In this document: piece by piece, positions 15,127 to 30,729 of the stretch
Layout: every line of letters starts with the position of its first letter
How positions within the stretch are numbered: the first letter of the stretch is position 1
Assembly (NCBI RefSeq): GCF_009914755.1
Contig: NC_060928.1
Length of the DNA stretch: 64,000 nt
From: the human T2T-CHM13v2.0 reference genome, Homo sapiens
Strand: one strand, 5' to 3'
Translations under genes and position numbers: made by a program
Notes under the pieces: generated by a model
The model's input: the letters and a program-made list of their open reading frames with translations, nothing else
What the model was told of the DNA's origin: nothing
Databases searched by the model: none

Positions 15127-17879
15127 GTTTCCTCTAGATTTTCTAAGTTGTGTGCATAGAGGTGTTCATGATAGTCTCTGAGTATCTTTTGCATTTCTAT
15201 TGGATCAGTTGTAGTGTAATCTTTGTCATTTCTCATTGTGCTTATTTGTATCTTTTTCTCTGTTAATCTTGCTAGCAGTCTATCGATCTTGTTTATCCTT
15301 TCAAAAAAGCCAACTTTAGGTTTCATTGATCAGATATTTGGTTCTCAATTTTGTTTTGTTCTGATCTAATTTTAGTTATTCTGCTAGCTTTGGGGTTAGT
15401 TTGTTCTTGTTTTTCTAGTTCCTCTAAGTATGATGTTAATTTGAGATCTTTCTAACTTTTTGAGATAGGTGTTTAGCACTATAAACTTTGCTTTTAACAC
15501 TGTATGTGCTGCATTCCAGAGATTTTGGGTATGTTTTCTCTGTTTTCATTTATTACACAGAACTTTTAAATTTCTGCCTCTGTTGTTTACCAAAAGTTAT
15601 TCAGGAGCAAGTTGTTTATATTTCTATGTAACAGTGTAGTGTTTGAGAGCTCTTCTTGGTATTTCTGTTCATTCCACTGTGATCCAAGAGTATATTTGGT
15701 GTTTCTTTTCTTTTCTTTTTTTTTTTTTTAATTTGAGACTTGCTTTATGGCTAAGCATGTGGCCAATCTTCGAGTGTGTTCTAGGTGCATATAAGAAGAG
15801 CGTATATTTGGTTGATGGATGGCATATTCTGTAGATGTCCATTAGGAGCAATTGGTTAAGTGCAGAGTTTAAGTCCAAAATTTATTTATTAGTATTCTGC
15901 TTCAGTGATCTGTCAGTGAGAAGTCAAAGTCCCCCACTGTTATATTGCTGTCTAAGTCTTTTCATAGGTCTAGAAGTACTTGTTTTCTTAATCTGGGTGC
16001 TCCAACATTGGGTGTATACGTATTTGGAATAGTTCTATTTGGAATATTTTTCTTGTTGAATCGAACCCTTTATTGATATGTAATGCCTGCCTTTGTCCTT
16101 TTTCACTGTTGTTGGTTTAAAGTCTGTTTTATCTGATATAATAGTGATCCCTGCTCTGTTTTCCTTCTCCAACTTTTTACTTTGAGCCTATGGGCTTCAT
16201 TATGTGTGAGGCAGTTCCCTTGAAGACAGAAGTTGGATGGGTCTTGGTTTTTTATCCAACTTGCAACTCTGTGCCTTTTTAAATGGGGTATTTAGACTGT
16301 TTACAATAAAAGTTAATATTGACATGAAGTTTTGATCCTATCATGAAGTTTGTTAGCTGGTTGCTTTGTAGTTTATATTGTGTGTTTCCTTTTTAGGGTC
16401 TGTGGGTTATGTACTTAAGTGTCTTTTAATGGTAGCAGGTATCATTCATTCTTTTTCATGTTTAGAACTCTCTTAAGCATCTTTTGTAAGGCTAGTTCAG
16501 CTGTAATGAATTCCCTTAGCACTTGCTTATCTGGAAAAAATTTTATTTCTCCTTTGCTTATGAAGCTTTACTTTGGCAGGATATGAAATTCTTGGTCAAA
16601 ATTTCCTTTCCTTAAGAATACTACAATTGGCCCCCAGTCTCTACTGGCTTGTAAAGCTTCTGCTGAGGAGTCCACTGTTAACATGATGGGGCTCCGTTTG
16701 TACGTCATCTGACCTTTTATCTAGCTGCTTTTAAGATTTTTTCTTTAGCATTGGCCTTAAACAGTCTGGTGACTATATGCCTTGGTGATGTTCATTTTGT
16801 ATGGTACCTTGCAGGTGTTCTCTGTATTTCTTTTGTCTGGATGTCTACCTCTGTAGCAGATTAGAGAAATTTTCTTAAGTGTTTTCCAGATTATTTTTCT
16901 CCTTCTCTCTCAGGAATGCCATAATTTGTAGGTTTGGTTGCTTTATATAATCTCATATTTCTCAGAATTTGTTCATTTTTTTAAATTCTTTTTTAAATTT
17001 TTGTCTGCCAAGGTTAGTTCAAAAGATTGGTCTTTGAGCTCTTAAATTTTTTCTTGTGCTCGGTCCAGTCTATTGGTAAACCTTTCAATTGTATTTTGAA
17101 ATACCTCAAGTGAGGTTTTCAATTCCAGAAGTTCTGATTGATTTAAGATTTTTCTTTTCCTTCATTTCTTGGATTGCTTTAGAAGTTTCTTTGTGTTGAT
17201 TTTCAATCTTGTCTTGGATGTCATTGAGCTGCCTTGCAGTCCATACTTTAAGTTCCTAATCTGTCATTTCTGAGTTTGCATTTTGGTTAGGGACCATTGC
17301 TGGAGAGAGCTAGTGTGATCAGTACATTTAGACTTTTTGTGTCACTACATTTAGACTTTTCATCATGCAAGAATTCTTGTGCTGGTTCCATCTCATCTGG
17401 AGATGCTGGCACTTGTAATTTTTGCAACTATTTTCATGCAGGTAAGATTTTTAAATTTTAATTTCTTAACCTATAAGATTATTTTTCCTTTTTCTCTTTC
17501 CTACCCTCATTTAGAGGATGTGACTGTAGAGAATGTTGAGTAAGGTCCTTTGGCTTTGCTTCTATAGACCTGTGCACTTGTGTCAGCAGGTTTTATATTA
17601 GGCTGTGCAGTTTGACCTACAAGCCAGGAGAAGATGCTTATGGGTAAAAGCCAACTGCAGCTAACATAGCTGGGTATATACTTGATCCCCTTTTGCTGGG
17701 AGAACTCTGTTGCCTTGGACAGTGGGGTGATGTGTAGAGTACACAGTGGCCTGAGCTTTCTGATAAGACTTGGGAGGGTTGGAGGCAAGATGGGTGGAAC
17801 CAGACAAAGAAGGTGAGGCTGGACTACCTATAGGTCCTCCAGTGGCCAGCACAAGGGAGAGTCCATTGGGTGGCCACCA

Positions 17880-18730
17880 AGTGCCCAGATGTGTGCCTAG
17901 GCATGGAATTGGGAAACTTCTCAGCCTCAAGTTTTTTGTACAGGTAGGAAGGGAAGCCTAAACTGCTCATCCAGGAGAGGGGTACCCCAGGGATGCCTAA
18001 AGATCTGCCTGGGCATAGAGTATAGAAGGCCCCACGAAACCACAACCTCTACATAGAGAGGGTGGGATGGCATAGGCTGCTAATCCAGATGAAGGAGTGC
18101 TCCAACTGCCTGGAGATATGCCTGGACATGGAGAGGGCCCTGCTTCACCACAATTTCTGCACAGGAAGGGTGGGACAGCTCAGGCTGCTGATCCCAGTGA
18201 GTGGGTGCTCTGACTGCCAGGAGATTTGCCTGGGCAGGAAGCAGAGAGGGCCATCAGTATCTCTGCACAGGAAGGGTGGGGTGACTCAGGCTGCTAGTTC
18301 ATTCAGGTGGGTGTTCCACACACCTGGAAATCTGCCTGAGTGTGTAGCAGAGAAGGTCCTGCTGCACCACAATCTCTGTACAGGAAAAGTGGGCAGCTCA
18401 GGCTTCCAGTCTGGCTGAGCAGGTGCTCTGAATGCTTAGAGATATGCCTGGGCATGAAATGAAGATCCCCTTACACTATGATCTCTGCACAGGAAAGGTG
18501 GGGTGACTCAGGCTGCTGATCAAGGTGAGCAGGTGCTTCAAATTCCTGGAGTTCTGCCTGGGTGTGAAGTGGAGAGGCCTTCCCCTGAGCCCCCTGTACT
18601 ATGATCTATGTCCAGAAAGTGTGGGGCAGCTCAGGCTGCTGGTCCAGGCAAGCATGTACTTCAAGTGCCTGGAGTTGTGCCTAGGGTAGAGCAGAGAAGG
18701 TCCTGACATACCACAATCTCAGGGGAGCAG
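17880..18730. repeat. Diverged ~110-bp tandem array (~8 units) in L1 5' region
   Basis: Recurring gcctggagatctgcctgggc...caccacaatctctgcacaggaagggtgggg...ctcaggctgctg at ~17895, 18006, 18120, 18228, 18333, 18446, 18555, 18678. Confidence 0.85.
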
Positions 18731-20514
18731 GCTGGGGCACCCAGAAATGACACACGCAGAGTAGGTACCTGTCACAAGTGAGTCTGGTTGCAAGTCTCAT
18801 TGCCCAGGAGAAACCATAGCTGTAGCAGCTCTCCTCCTGCCCCAGACCTGAAACAGGAAAGCACAATTCCAGCACCTGCTGCTGAGGTGCTTTCCACCAT
18901 TCTGGCTGTGGAAGCCACTAACCTGCTCCAGTGCAAATGCTTGAGTCTTTGGCCTGAGACTCAAATGCCTGCATGGCCATATTGCCATGTCACTAAAGAA
19001 TGACAGACTTCATATGTGCCTGGGTTAAAATGGTGTTCTGCTCTCAGTCCCTGGTCTGGGAAAATGCCTGCAATTTTTTTCCAGTGTCTTGCCCTCTCAG
19101 TGCCTCTAAGCCTCTCCCCTAGTTAGCTCTAGGGCTTGGGAGAAACAAAATGCTCTCCCTTGGCCTGGGTTGCTTGGCTCGGCAGTGGAAAGTTAAATCA
19201 CAGAGGAAGGTTCACTGCCTTTCTCATGTACTGGGGCTTCACTCACTTTTACCAACCAGACACCATCATGAGAGTTATTTGCCCATGTTCTCCTCTCTGG
19301 GATCTGGGGTGTTCATGATTCCAGTGGATTCTTGTCTTTCTTCTTGAGTTAAAGCTCCCAGAATTGATCCTCATTCCCTATCTTGCTATTTCCAAGTGGG
19401 TGATGCATGCTAAGCCAAAGCATTTTTGCAGGGAACAGGGGAAGGTTGGGGTGTGGAGGGGAGTCCCCTGTAGGGGCATGTTACTGTGTGATCACAAAAT
19501 GATTTATAAATAACAAAATGTTTATCAATAACAAAAATGATTTATCTGTGGTGTTTTTTAAAAGTGAAATAATGAGAATACATTTACTATATTATAGAAA
19601 TCAGGGAGTGATTGGACTTCAGATGTTCCCTATGCCTTTATGTTCCAGAGGAAGATAAAAGTAATAATTGACTTTAGAGATGTTCATTTAAATAGGCACA
19701 TTAACATTTCTAGCCACATGTGATGCCAGTAGATTCTATACATATGTGGATTTTTCTCCCAGATGTGATAAATCCATAATGACAGAAATAAATTTATGAA
19801 GAATTTCCCTGTTAAATGCTTTTTAATGTAAGTCTATTTGTGTAAGATGGAGGGAGGTGGGGAAACGATATTCCAGCATTTTTAAGTTAGCATCTGCCTA
19901 GAATCTCTTTTTCAATCTTTTTACTTTTTACTGTGCCTGTTTTAGGTGAATCTCTTATAAGTGATAAATTTTATTTTAAAACAAGTCTAAGAATCCTTGT
20001 TTAGAGATTTTACTCCTTCATATTTGTTGTGATCCACTATGACTCCTATCTTATTGTGCTTTATATTTGTCTCAATTATTTTTAGTTTCCCTCGCTTGAT
20101 GCCTTTTTCTTTACAGACTATTGTATTCTCTCTACCAAGAGCATGATATTCTATTTTAATTATTTCAGCCCAGAAATGTTAATGTGCCTATTTAAATGAA
20201 TATCTCTAAAGTCAATTATTACTTTTATCTTCTTCTAGAATATAAAGGCATATGGAACATCTTAACTCCAGACACTCCCTGATTTCCATAATATAGTAAA
20301 CCTATTCTCATTATTTCACTTTTAAAAAACACCACAGATAAATCATTTTTGTTATTTTACATGGTCAATTGTTACCAATATGATTGCTTGCATTACAGCC
20401 CATGCTTCTGTCACTATTTTTTTTTTTGAGGTGTATCCTTTAGAATTTGTCCTAGGGAGGTTATGTTGGTGGTAAATCCTTTTTGTCTAAAAAATTTTTC
20501 AATCCTACATTGCT

Positions 20515-21927
<1,413 letters not shown>

Positions 21928-21977
21928 ATTATAAATTTTCCTCATCACTTTTAAGATACAATTTTACTGCTTTGTAG

Positions 21978-22482
<505 letters not shown>

Positions 22483-24384
22483 TTAAGCTTCACAAGTCTG
22501 GATTGGTGTTTTGTTTTTTTTTTAGTTTTGAGAATTTTTGGTAATTATCTCTTCAGTCTCAAATAGTATTGCCTTTGCCCTGTGTTTTAAGCTGTTTAAC
22601 TCCAAATAGACATTTAAAGACACTCTTACTCAGTCTTCCATGTTTCCCAAAGTCTCTCTCCTGTTTTGATCTGTCTTTACACTGCAATTTCTTCAGCTCC
22701 ATCTTCTAGCTCACTATTTCTCTCAGCCTTATTTAATGTTATTTAACCCAATCCCTGAGTTCTAACTTTGGTAATCCTATGGACCAGAAACTACTTAGCC
22801 ACTTCAGATCTGCTCTACCTCACCTGTGGTTTTTTTTTTGTTGTTGTTGTTCTGGTTGTTGCTTTAGTTTTATTTGAAGGCATGCAGATGCAAACTAACA
22901 GTACCTGAACCCATCCCCAGTGCTTGCCTTTTATGCCAATGCATGAGTTGCTCTAGGCCCACATGCTAGTAGAAACTGAGCATGGTACATGGCATCGTGG
23001 TACTTGAAATGACCATGTAGCCTGCCATGATCTCTAGGGGTCTTGTTTAGATTCTCTTACATCCAGGCTCACAAGACTTTGATAGGCCACATTTCATACT
23101 GACTCTGGAGAATGTGGACTAGCAACCACAGTTTGCTGATGAGGCAGTGTCAGGAGTTCTCCTTCCAGTATAATTCCTTTTAATAGTCTATAGAGTAGCT
23201 CATACAGCTCTCTGGGGACTGGGGTGGGGAGGGATTCCCTGTAACCAGCTAATAGAGGAAAAAAAAACTCACCCTTTGGATAATTTGGCTTGGTATGTGG
23301 GTACCAATTACAAATAGACTTCTGCAGCCCTGAGACCCCTGCTCAGAGGTGGCCTGAAAAACAGTGGAGCAGAGAATTGGGTGATATACCTGGTTAAAGA
23401 CATAAGTGGCCTGAAGTAAGAATATACATGGACTCAAGGGCAGTGGAGAATAACTGGGCCAGATTGATCAGGGACCTAAAAGGAGGACCACTAGAAGTGA
23501 CTCACCTCCATAAGACTTCTAGCATAGGCTATAAACACTAGAAGAAACATCACATGCACCTACTTCTCATATAATGCTAAGTGATGGCTAAAGGTAGGAA
23601 ATGGGTGAGCTTGAGAGAATGCTTGGCCATAATGGGGCACTAAAATGCTTAGAAAGTGCGCTGACAGAGGCTCAATGAGAAGTGGAATGCCATTAGTTAC
23701 AGGGGCCTTCAAACAGAAAATTTCTGGAACCATATATTCTCCCCAAAATCTAAACTGGATGAATCACTCTTCTGAGTCCAGAGAGCAGCCCAGTCCTACT
23801 AGTCTGTTGTAAAGGGAGAATCCAGAGCAAGACCATGGAGGGTGCAAAGATCTTGTGTCTCCCATCCCCATCACCAGGATCTTATGGACATTTCATTGGA
23901 GTCTTCAGATTCTCTTTTGGAGAACTTGAAGAGGTCAAACTCTGTAAGAGTGAGAATTCACTGAGTTATCAAAGCAGCAACTGAGCTAAGTAAAGAGACC
24001 ATTTAAATGAAGAGGTGGCAAGTATACTAGATTATGTGAACTCAAGGTTTTCTTTTTCACTGCCCAGTGGAAATAAGGCACTTGAGAGGCTCTGTAATTG
24101 GGAAACTGCTGCAGTCATGACTGTGATCTCCTTGAGAATGAACTTGTAGGTCATCTTTAAGTTTGTGAATAGCTTCTGCTATGTATTAATTTGGTACTTG
24201 GTTTGGTTTTCTCCTGATATGAGTCAATGAGGTCTTTGGAAATAGCTCCTGACAGCAGCATAATGGCCTGGGCCCATGATGGGTCAAGGGGTCAAGACTT
24301 TTCCATAGAATTGAAGACCTGGTAAAGCTTCCAGAGAAAAAGAAAACTCCTGTAAGCAATAGGAGTTGATAGCTTCTAGGATAG

Positions 24385-25350
24385 AATGATAGAATTTATC
24401 GAACCTTGAAGAACAGGGAAAAATATTGGAAAAATGAAGAGCCTCGGGAACTTGTGGAACAATATTGAAAAAGCTAATATCTAGGTAACAGGAGTTCTAA
24501 AGAGAAAGAACAGAGAATTGCAGGTAAAAATATTTGAAGAAATGACAACAGAAACATTTTCAAATTTAGGGAAAGATATAACTGTACAGATCTAAGAAGC
24601 TCAGCAAACCCTAAGTAGGATAAACACATGAAAATCATGGCAAGGCACATCTTAGACTGGGGAACGCCAAGGATAGATGTAATCATACAGAGAAAAACAT
24701 GCAATATATAGGGAGCAATAATTAAAACTACTACCAACTTCTAATCAGAAACTATGGGGGCCAAAAGAGAAGTAAACAGTGTTTTAAAGTGTTGAAAAAA
24801 CAACTGTCAATCCAGAATTCCATATCTAGCAAAATTGTCCTTCCAGATGAAATAAGGACATTATCAGATAAAAGAGAACTGAGAATTTGTTGTCAGCATC
24901 CCCATACTATAAGAAATGCCAGCGTAGTTTCTTCAGGTTGAAGGGAAAGAATACCAGAGGAAAACTTGAATCTTCAGGAAGGAATGGCATCATTGGAAAT
25001 GGTAAGTATATGGGTAATTAGATTGTTATTCTTAATTGACAACTAAATGGTAAAGACCTTTTCCTCTTCCTTTAAGATACACAATACTCTTTAAAGCAAA
25101 AATTATTATTGTCCTATGAGGTTTATAATGTATATTGATATTATACACATAATAAATATATCAAAAAAGATAGTGGTAGATAAATGAATACATATTTACA
25201 AGATTTCTACATATTTTGTAATGGGCCTAAATATCAACTCTAAGTAGATTGTAAAAAGTTAAGCACAGATAGTGTCACTCCTAGAGCAACCACTTAAAAG
25301 TGCAAAAGGATATTGGTAAATTACCAATAGATAAATAGAATTGATTTCAT
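24385..25350 (+). mobile_element. Old L1M ORF1 region fragment
   Basis: aaaatatttgaagaaatgacaacagaaacattttcaaattt...aagaagctcagcaaaccctaagtaggataaa...ccagaattccatatctagcaaaattgtccttc resemble L1 ORF1. Confidence 0.8.
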
Positions 25351-26589
25351 AAAAGCTCTCAAAAAATAACCCTGTTGGGTTAATGCCTAGAGAGACTGAT
25401 ATCACAGGACTTAATTTCTCCCTCCTTTATATTTTCTGCTTGAATACACCTAATGTCATTAAACTAGCTTTAGAATAGTTGTTTTGAGATAGTATAGCAA
25501 CATAGAACATATAATGGGAGGTAGGGCGGAAGGCTGGACAGGGGCGTGGCCCAGTGGACAAGAGTTTCTCATGTAGGAGGAAGATTGAAATAAACATCCC
25601 CATCATCTTTAAAACTCCTTTAATTCACAGAGGTGTGATGTGCTAACACTGAACCCAGAAGACCTGGGTTCTGGGTCAGCCACTTACTGCTTCTGCGACT
25701 TTCAATATTGCACTCGACTTTGAGTTTCCTGTCACTACTGTGAAGTTAATTCACATCTCCCCTGGCACTCTGGGTGACTTTGATAATACAGTGATACTAT
25801 TTAAAATAGCTGACAGTTTATAAAGTACCACCAGGAAGCACTGAGGGGTCATGGAGCAATTTAGAACTAAACAGCAAGTCCATAGGCTAGAACTTTATTT
25901 TGACTAATTGAACACTGCCATCTGCTGCACAGATCTGGGAAATAGGAGGTATTAGATTTCCAGGAGGAAGGTGTTTCCTTCAAAATAACAAAAGTTTGCT
26001 TGCTTTATTTCTTGTCCCTTTGACCTCACTTTCCAAGTGAAAAGACGCAGAATATAAAAACAAAAAGGTCAAAATAGCCTTGCAGAGGCCACTCTGACTT
26101 ATATGAAAGGGTAGAGCTCAACTTTACAGGTCAGGTGGGATTTGAATAAGCCTCATGGTGAAAAGAAGGGATGGTATGAGGAGAACTAATAGTAGGATCA
26201 TAGTTAGCAGCCCTGGGGGAAACACTGGCCTGGAGGCAACCCTGAGCATGCCCACTTCCTAGCTGGGTGCCGAGGCGAAGTCCCGGCATGTATAACATTG
26301 GGATAATAATGGTGGAAACCTCTTAGACTGTTGGGAGATTTAGTGAAATGAGCTATGTCTTGTTTTTAGGACAGTACCTGTTAGTACTTAACAAATATTA
26401 GCTGCTGCTTTTGAAACTCAGACTGGGAAGAAATAAAGGAAGTTGATTAAAAATTCACTAGCACCTTTGGAATAAACTCCACATTAGCCCCATTCTCCCA
26501 AATAGATTTGAAGCAAGGAAGTGAAAGGAGTCAGGTGATGAGATTTTTCAACTTCAGCAGAGTGTAAACACAGATCAACAACAGTAACA

Positions 26590-26775
26590 ACTACCTTTCA
26601 ATGAGACTTTATGCACCAGGTGTGGCTCTGTGTGTTACATGTATTAACTCATTTAATTTTTATATCAACTCCATGAGGTGGGAACTTTTAGTATTCTCAT
26701 TTTATAGATGAGGAAACAGGCACAGAGAGGGGCTAAGTGTATTCAAGGTCATGTGGCCAATGAATGACAGAACTA
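26590..26775 (-). mobile_element. MIR
   Basis: Core ctcattttatagatgaggaaacaggcacagagag. Confidence 0.8.
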
Positions 26776-26777
26776 GC

Positions 26778-27205
26778 GTGATGGTTAATTGCTACGGCTA
26801 AGAGATGCCCAGGTGGCCAGTTGGATGTTACTTGTAAGATCTTTCTGGAAGAGATTAGCATTTGAACCAGCAGACTGAATAAAGATCATCCTCACCAATG
26901 TGGGTTGGCATTATCGAATTTCGTGAGAGCTTGAATAGAACAAAAAGAAGAAAAGCAAATTTGCTCTCTTCTTGTACTGGGATATCCACCTTCTTTGCTT
27001 AGTGGCTCCTTTGGTTCTTAGGCTTTTGAACCCAGGCTGAATCACCACTGGCTTTCCTAGGGCTCCAGGCTGCAGATGGCAGATCATGGGACTTCTTGGT
27101 CTCTACAATTGTGAGTCAATCTCTCATCTTTCTGTATATGTATTCATATATCTAGCATCCATCTATCTATATTCTATTGGTCCTGTTTCTCTCGGGAACC
27201 CTAAC
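26778..27205 (+). mobile_element. MLT2-type ERVL LTR
   Basis: gtgatggttaatt...ggaagagattagcatttgaa...ctattggtcctgtttctctcgggaaccctaac. Confidence 0.8.
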
Positions 27206-27389
27206 ATGACTAGAATGTAAATGCATGGGATCTCGTCCCACATTTCCACTGCTTAGGGGTTATATGAACCATAGAAAACCAAACCTATCTTCTTTTGGGG
27301 ATGGCGGGGGTGAGGAGCTATAACTGTATTATTACAGTTCTTTGCATGTTAAGCTGTATACCAAATTTGTACAGAATCTGGCAACACAC

Positions 27390-27851
27390 AGTGTAGCAGT
27401 GAGGATGAGCAGAAAATTCCAAGCTTTTCAGAGAGTGTCAGTCCAATGTGGTGGTAGAAAATAGGACTTAAGTGAGTTTAGTTCAAGATATGCTAAGGAT
27501 TGGGAAAAGTGGCTTGCCCTCCCTGATGCAAGCATGGGGGTGAGCGCATTACAGATGTCTTCCAGGGCTTCGACCCTTCACCACACCTAGGGATGAGCAG
27601 AGGTCACTCTTGTTGCCATTTTGGTTTTGGTGGGTTTTGGCGGGTTTTGGCGGGTTTTGGCCGGCTTCTTTACTGCAAGCTGTTCTATCAGCGAGGTCTT
27701 TATGACCTGTATCTTGTGACAACCTCCTATCTTATCCCGTGACTTAGAATGCCTCAACCTTATCCATCTGGAATGCAGCCAGTAGGTCTCAGCCTTATTT
27801 TACCCAGCTCCTGTTTAAGATGGAGTTGCTCTGGTTTAAATGCCTCTGACA
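27390..27851 (-). mobile_element. MER41 LTR, 5' half only, interrupted by a 183-bp local copy
   Basis: Reverse complement starts tgtcagaggcatttaaaccagagcaactccatctt...gtgacctctgctcatcc and resumes after the insert as ...ctcactgctacact. Confidence 0.88.
27412..27594 (+). repeat. 183-bp direct copy of 28627-28809
   Basis: Identical except 27540 G vs 28755 A by manual comparison. Confidence 0.97.
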
Positions 27852-27934
27852 AAACCGTTTGCTTCAATGTTATTTGTTTGCTTCAGTGTTGCCTCAAAAC
27901 TGTGTGTACTGAAGCCACTCCCAGTTTGGGTTTC

Positions 27935-28452
<518 letters not shown>

Positions 28453-28949
28453 CCTTGACTACATCCAGTAGGTGTGGTATGTTGCAAAATTGCCAGATGC
28501 ATTTCTTACTGAGCACAGCCATGTGCCTTGCTTCTCAAACAATGAGGCTCAAGAGGTGACAGCTGACAGTTCAGGCCAGAATGTCTAAATTGCTTGAGAG
28601 AGTTCAGAATTAAAGTCGGTTGTGGGGAAAATTCCAAGCTTTTCAGAGAGTGTCAGTCCAATGTGGTGGTAGAAAATAGGACTTAAGTGAGTTTAGTTCA
28701 AGATATGCTAAGGATTGGGAAAAGTGGCTTGCCCTCCCTGATGCAAGCATGGGGATGAGCGCATTACAGATGTCTTCCAGGGCTTCGACCCTTCACCACA
28801 CCTAGGGATTTCCCTCATCCTGCCTTTGTTCTATTCTTACTTGATTTATTCTCACTTTGAGAAGCACATAGTTAAGTAATTTTCTAGGGAACTCAGATAT
28901 GCCCCGTGGCCAAGATTGACAGACAGTCCAGGAGGCTGTTCTAGCACCA

Positions 28950-30480
28950 GGCAGCTTAGTGTTAAGAAGAAGGATAGGTTTTAGGAGTAGGAGGGCCTGG
29001 TGGCAGCTTAAACTGTCAGAGGCAAGGTGGACACATGTAGAAATAGGCAACAAGGACAGAATCACAACCAGGAGGCCTCACCTGTAGGAATCTATAGTGA
29101 TAGTTAATACACCGCCAAGTTGTTAGGGGCAAGGTCAATGGACAGCCAACAAAAAGTACTAATAGATTCACTAATACTCAGACTGACATCAGCCTTCCCA
29201 GTGAAAAACCATGATTCTTAATTTCCAGAACAGAGCCATTGATTCAACAGAAGCCTGAATCTCCTTGAGGAAAGACCCTGCAATAGGACATCAAGTATAT
29301 TCACTAGTTAATTTCCCAGTCCTTCCTCATAGGAACTTACAGCCTTTTATCAACATATCTGTACAATGGGGGAAGGGAAATACCCATATCTTTCAAGGGC
29401 AGTTGGATATAGGGACTAAGAGGATGCTAAAACCATGAGGGCTAATATGCCTTCATGCTTCCTTCTTAGATTGGAGGAGGTAAATAGAGGCCAGGTGGCA
29501 AACAGAGTCCTGGCCTAAATCCATTTCACAGGGCGTCAGTGTGTTCATGGACTCACCTGTGTTGATTTTCCTGATCCCTGAGTGCATTGATCAGGATGGA
29601 TATACCTAGTAACTGGCAGAACACTCACACTAAGTCCTTGAACTGTGGAGTACACCTATGTAATCAGAACAGCTACGTGGAACCCTCTGAAGTTACCCAA
29701 CCTCCAGGCCAAGACAGTAAATATACATCAATATATTATGTAGGGTGGAATGGCAAGGAGTGTCATTGGAGTGCTGAGCTCAAAGATTTTAAGGAGATAA
29801 GGTTGCTGTTCCCCGTTACATCTCCATTTCATTTGCCAGTCTGGCTCCTGAAAAAAACCACATGGCTCACGATTGATATAACTACTGTCAACTCCATCAC
29901 GTGGTAGCCTAATTATAACTATTGTGGTTTCATAATTATCAGATAATTATGACATAGCTTTTGCTACCTAGTATGTGGTCATTGATTTGGTGAATGCGTT
30001 CTTTTCAATCCCATCAGAAGGGAGGATCAAAAGCTTTTGCATCTGCCTGGGATAGACAGTGGTACACAATCGGGGTCTTGTCCCAGGAAATTGTACTCTA
30101 ATGCTTTTTCCAGCAATATAGTTTAATGGCTGTTCTATCATCTGGATATGACACAGACTATTATGCTGATCCATTATATTGATGATATCATAAAGATATG
30201 AGGTAAAAAGGAGAAAACAGTGAAGAATGGTGGAAGCCTTAAGGTATATGTGCACCAGTGGGCAGAAGAAATCCCTACAGAATTTCAGCAGCCGGCCAAA
30301 ATGGTGAGTTTTTAGGGGAACAGTGGTTATTGCATCTTACATGTACTTCCTATTGTAAATCAAAGGAACTAGGAAGCCCTTCTGATTTGGAAATATCATA
30401 TATCATGCTTGGGAATATTGCTGTCACCCACTAACTGGGTTGACTCTGAAGGCTGCCAGTTTTGCGGAGCCAAGAACAAG
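28950..30480 (+). mobile_element. Degraded ERVL internal region (protease/RT remnants)
   Basis: ELKDFKEIRLLFPVTSPFHLPVWLLKK and attgatttggtgaatgcgttcttttcaatccc (IDLVNAFFSIP) are ERVL RT-like motifs. Confidence 0.85.
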
Positions 30481-30729
30481 AAAGCAATGTGCAGCAGATT
30501 AAGCTATAGCTCCAAGTGGCTCTGCCACACGACTGGAAAATCTCATGGTGCTACAGCAGGATCAGCATGCATGACCTGTGGGTCAGCTGCCCATTTTTGT
30601 AAATAAAGAACTATTTTGTTCTCTAGGTTTTCCTATCTTTGTTCTAGGGCAATGGGTCTCAAATTTCAGTGTGTGTATGCATATGTACGTGTGTGTATTC
30701 CTCCTACTCAGAGGGCCTACAAATGCATG

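Noticed and set aside
17323-17360. Small tandem duplications in L1 (tacatttagactttt x2; similar at ~16021 and ~42012)
   Set aside because: Ordinary slippage events
17880-18730. Regularly spaced repeats as a CRISPR-like array
   Set aside because: Whole units are similar with no unique spacers; eukaryotic L1 context
27740-27790. MER41 as an interferon-inducible STAT1 enhancer
   Set aside because: I see no intact TTCnnnGAA at the expected position and the LTR is truncated
29587-29907. 106-aa ORF with RT-like motif
   Set aside because: Degraded ERVL pol fragment
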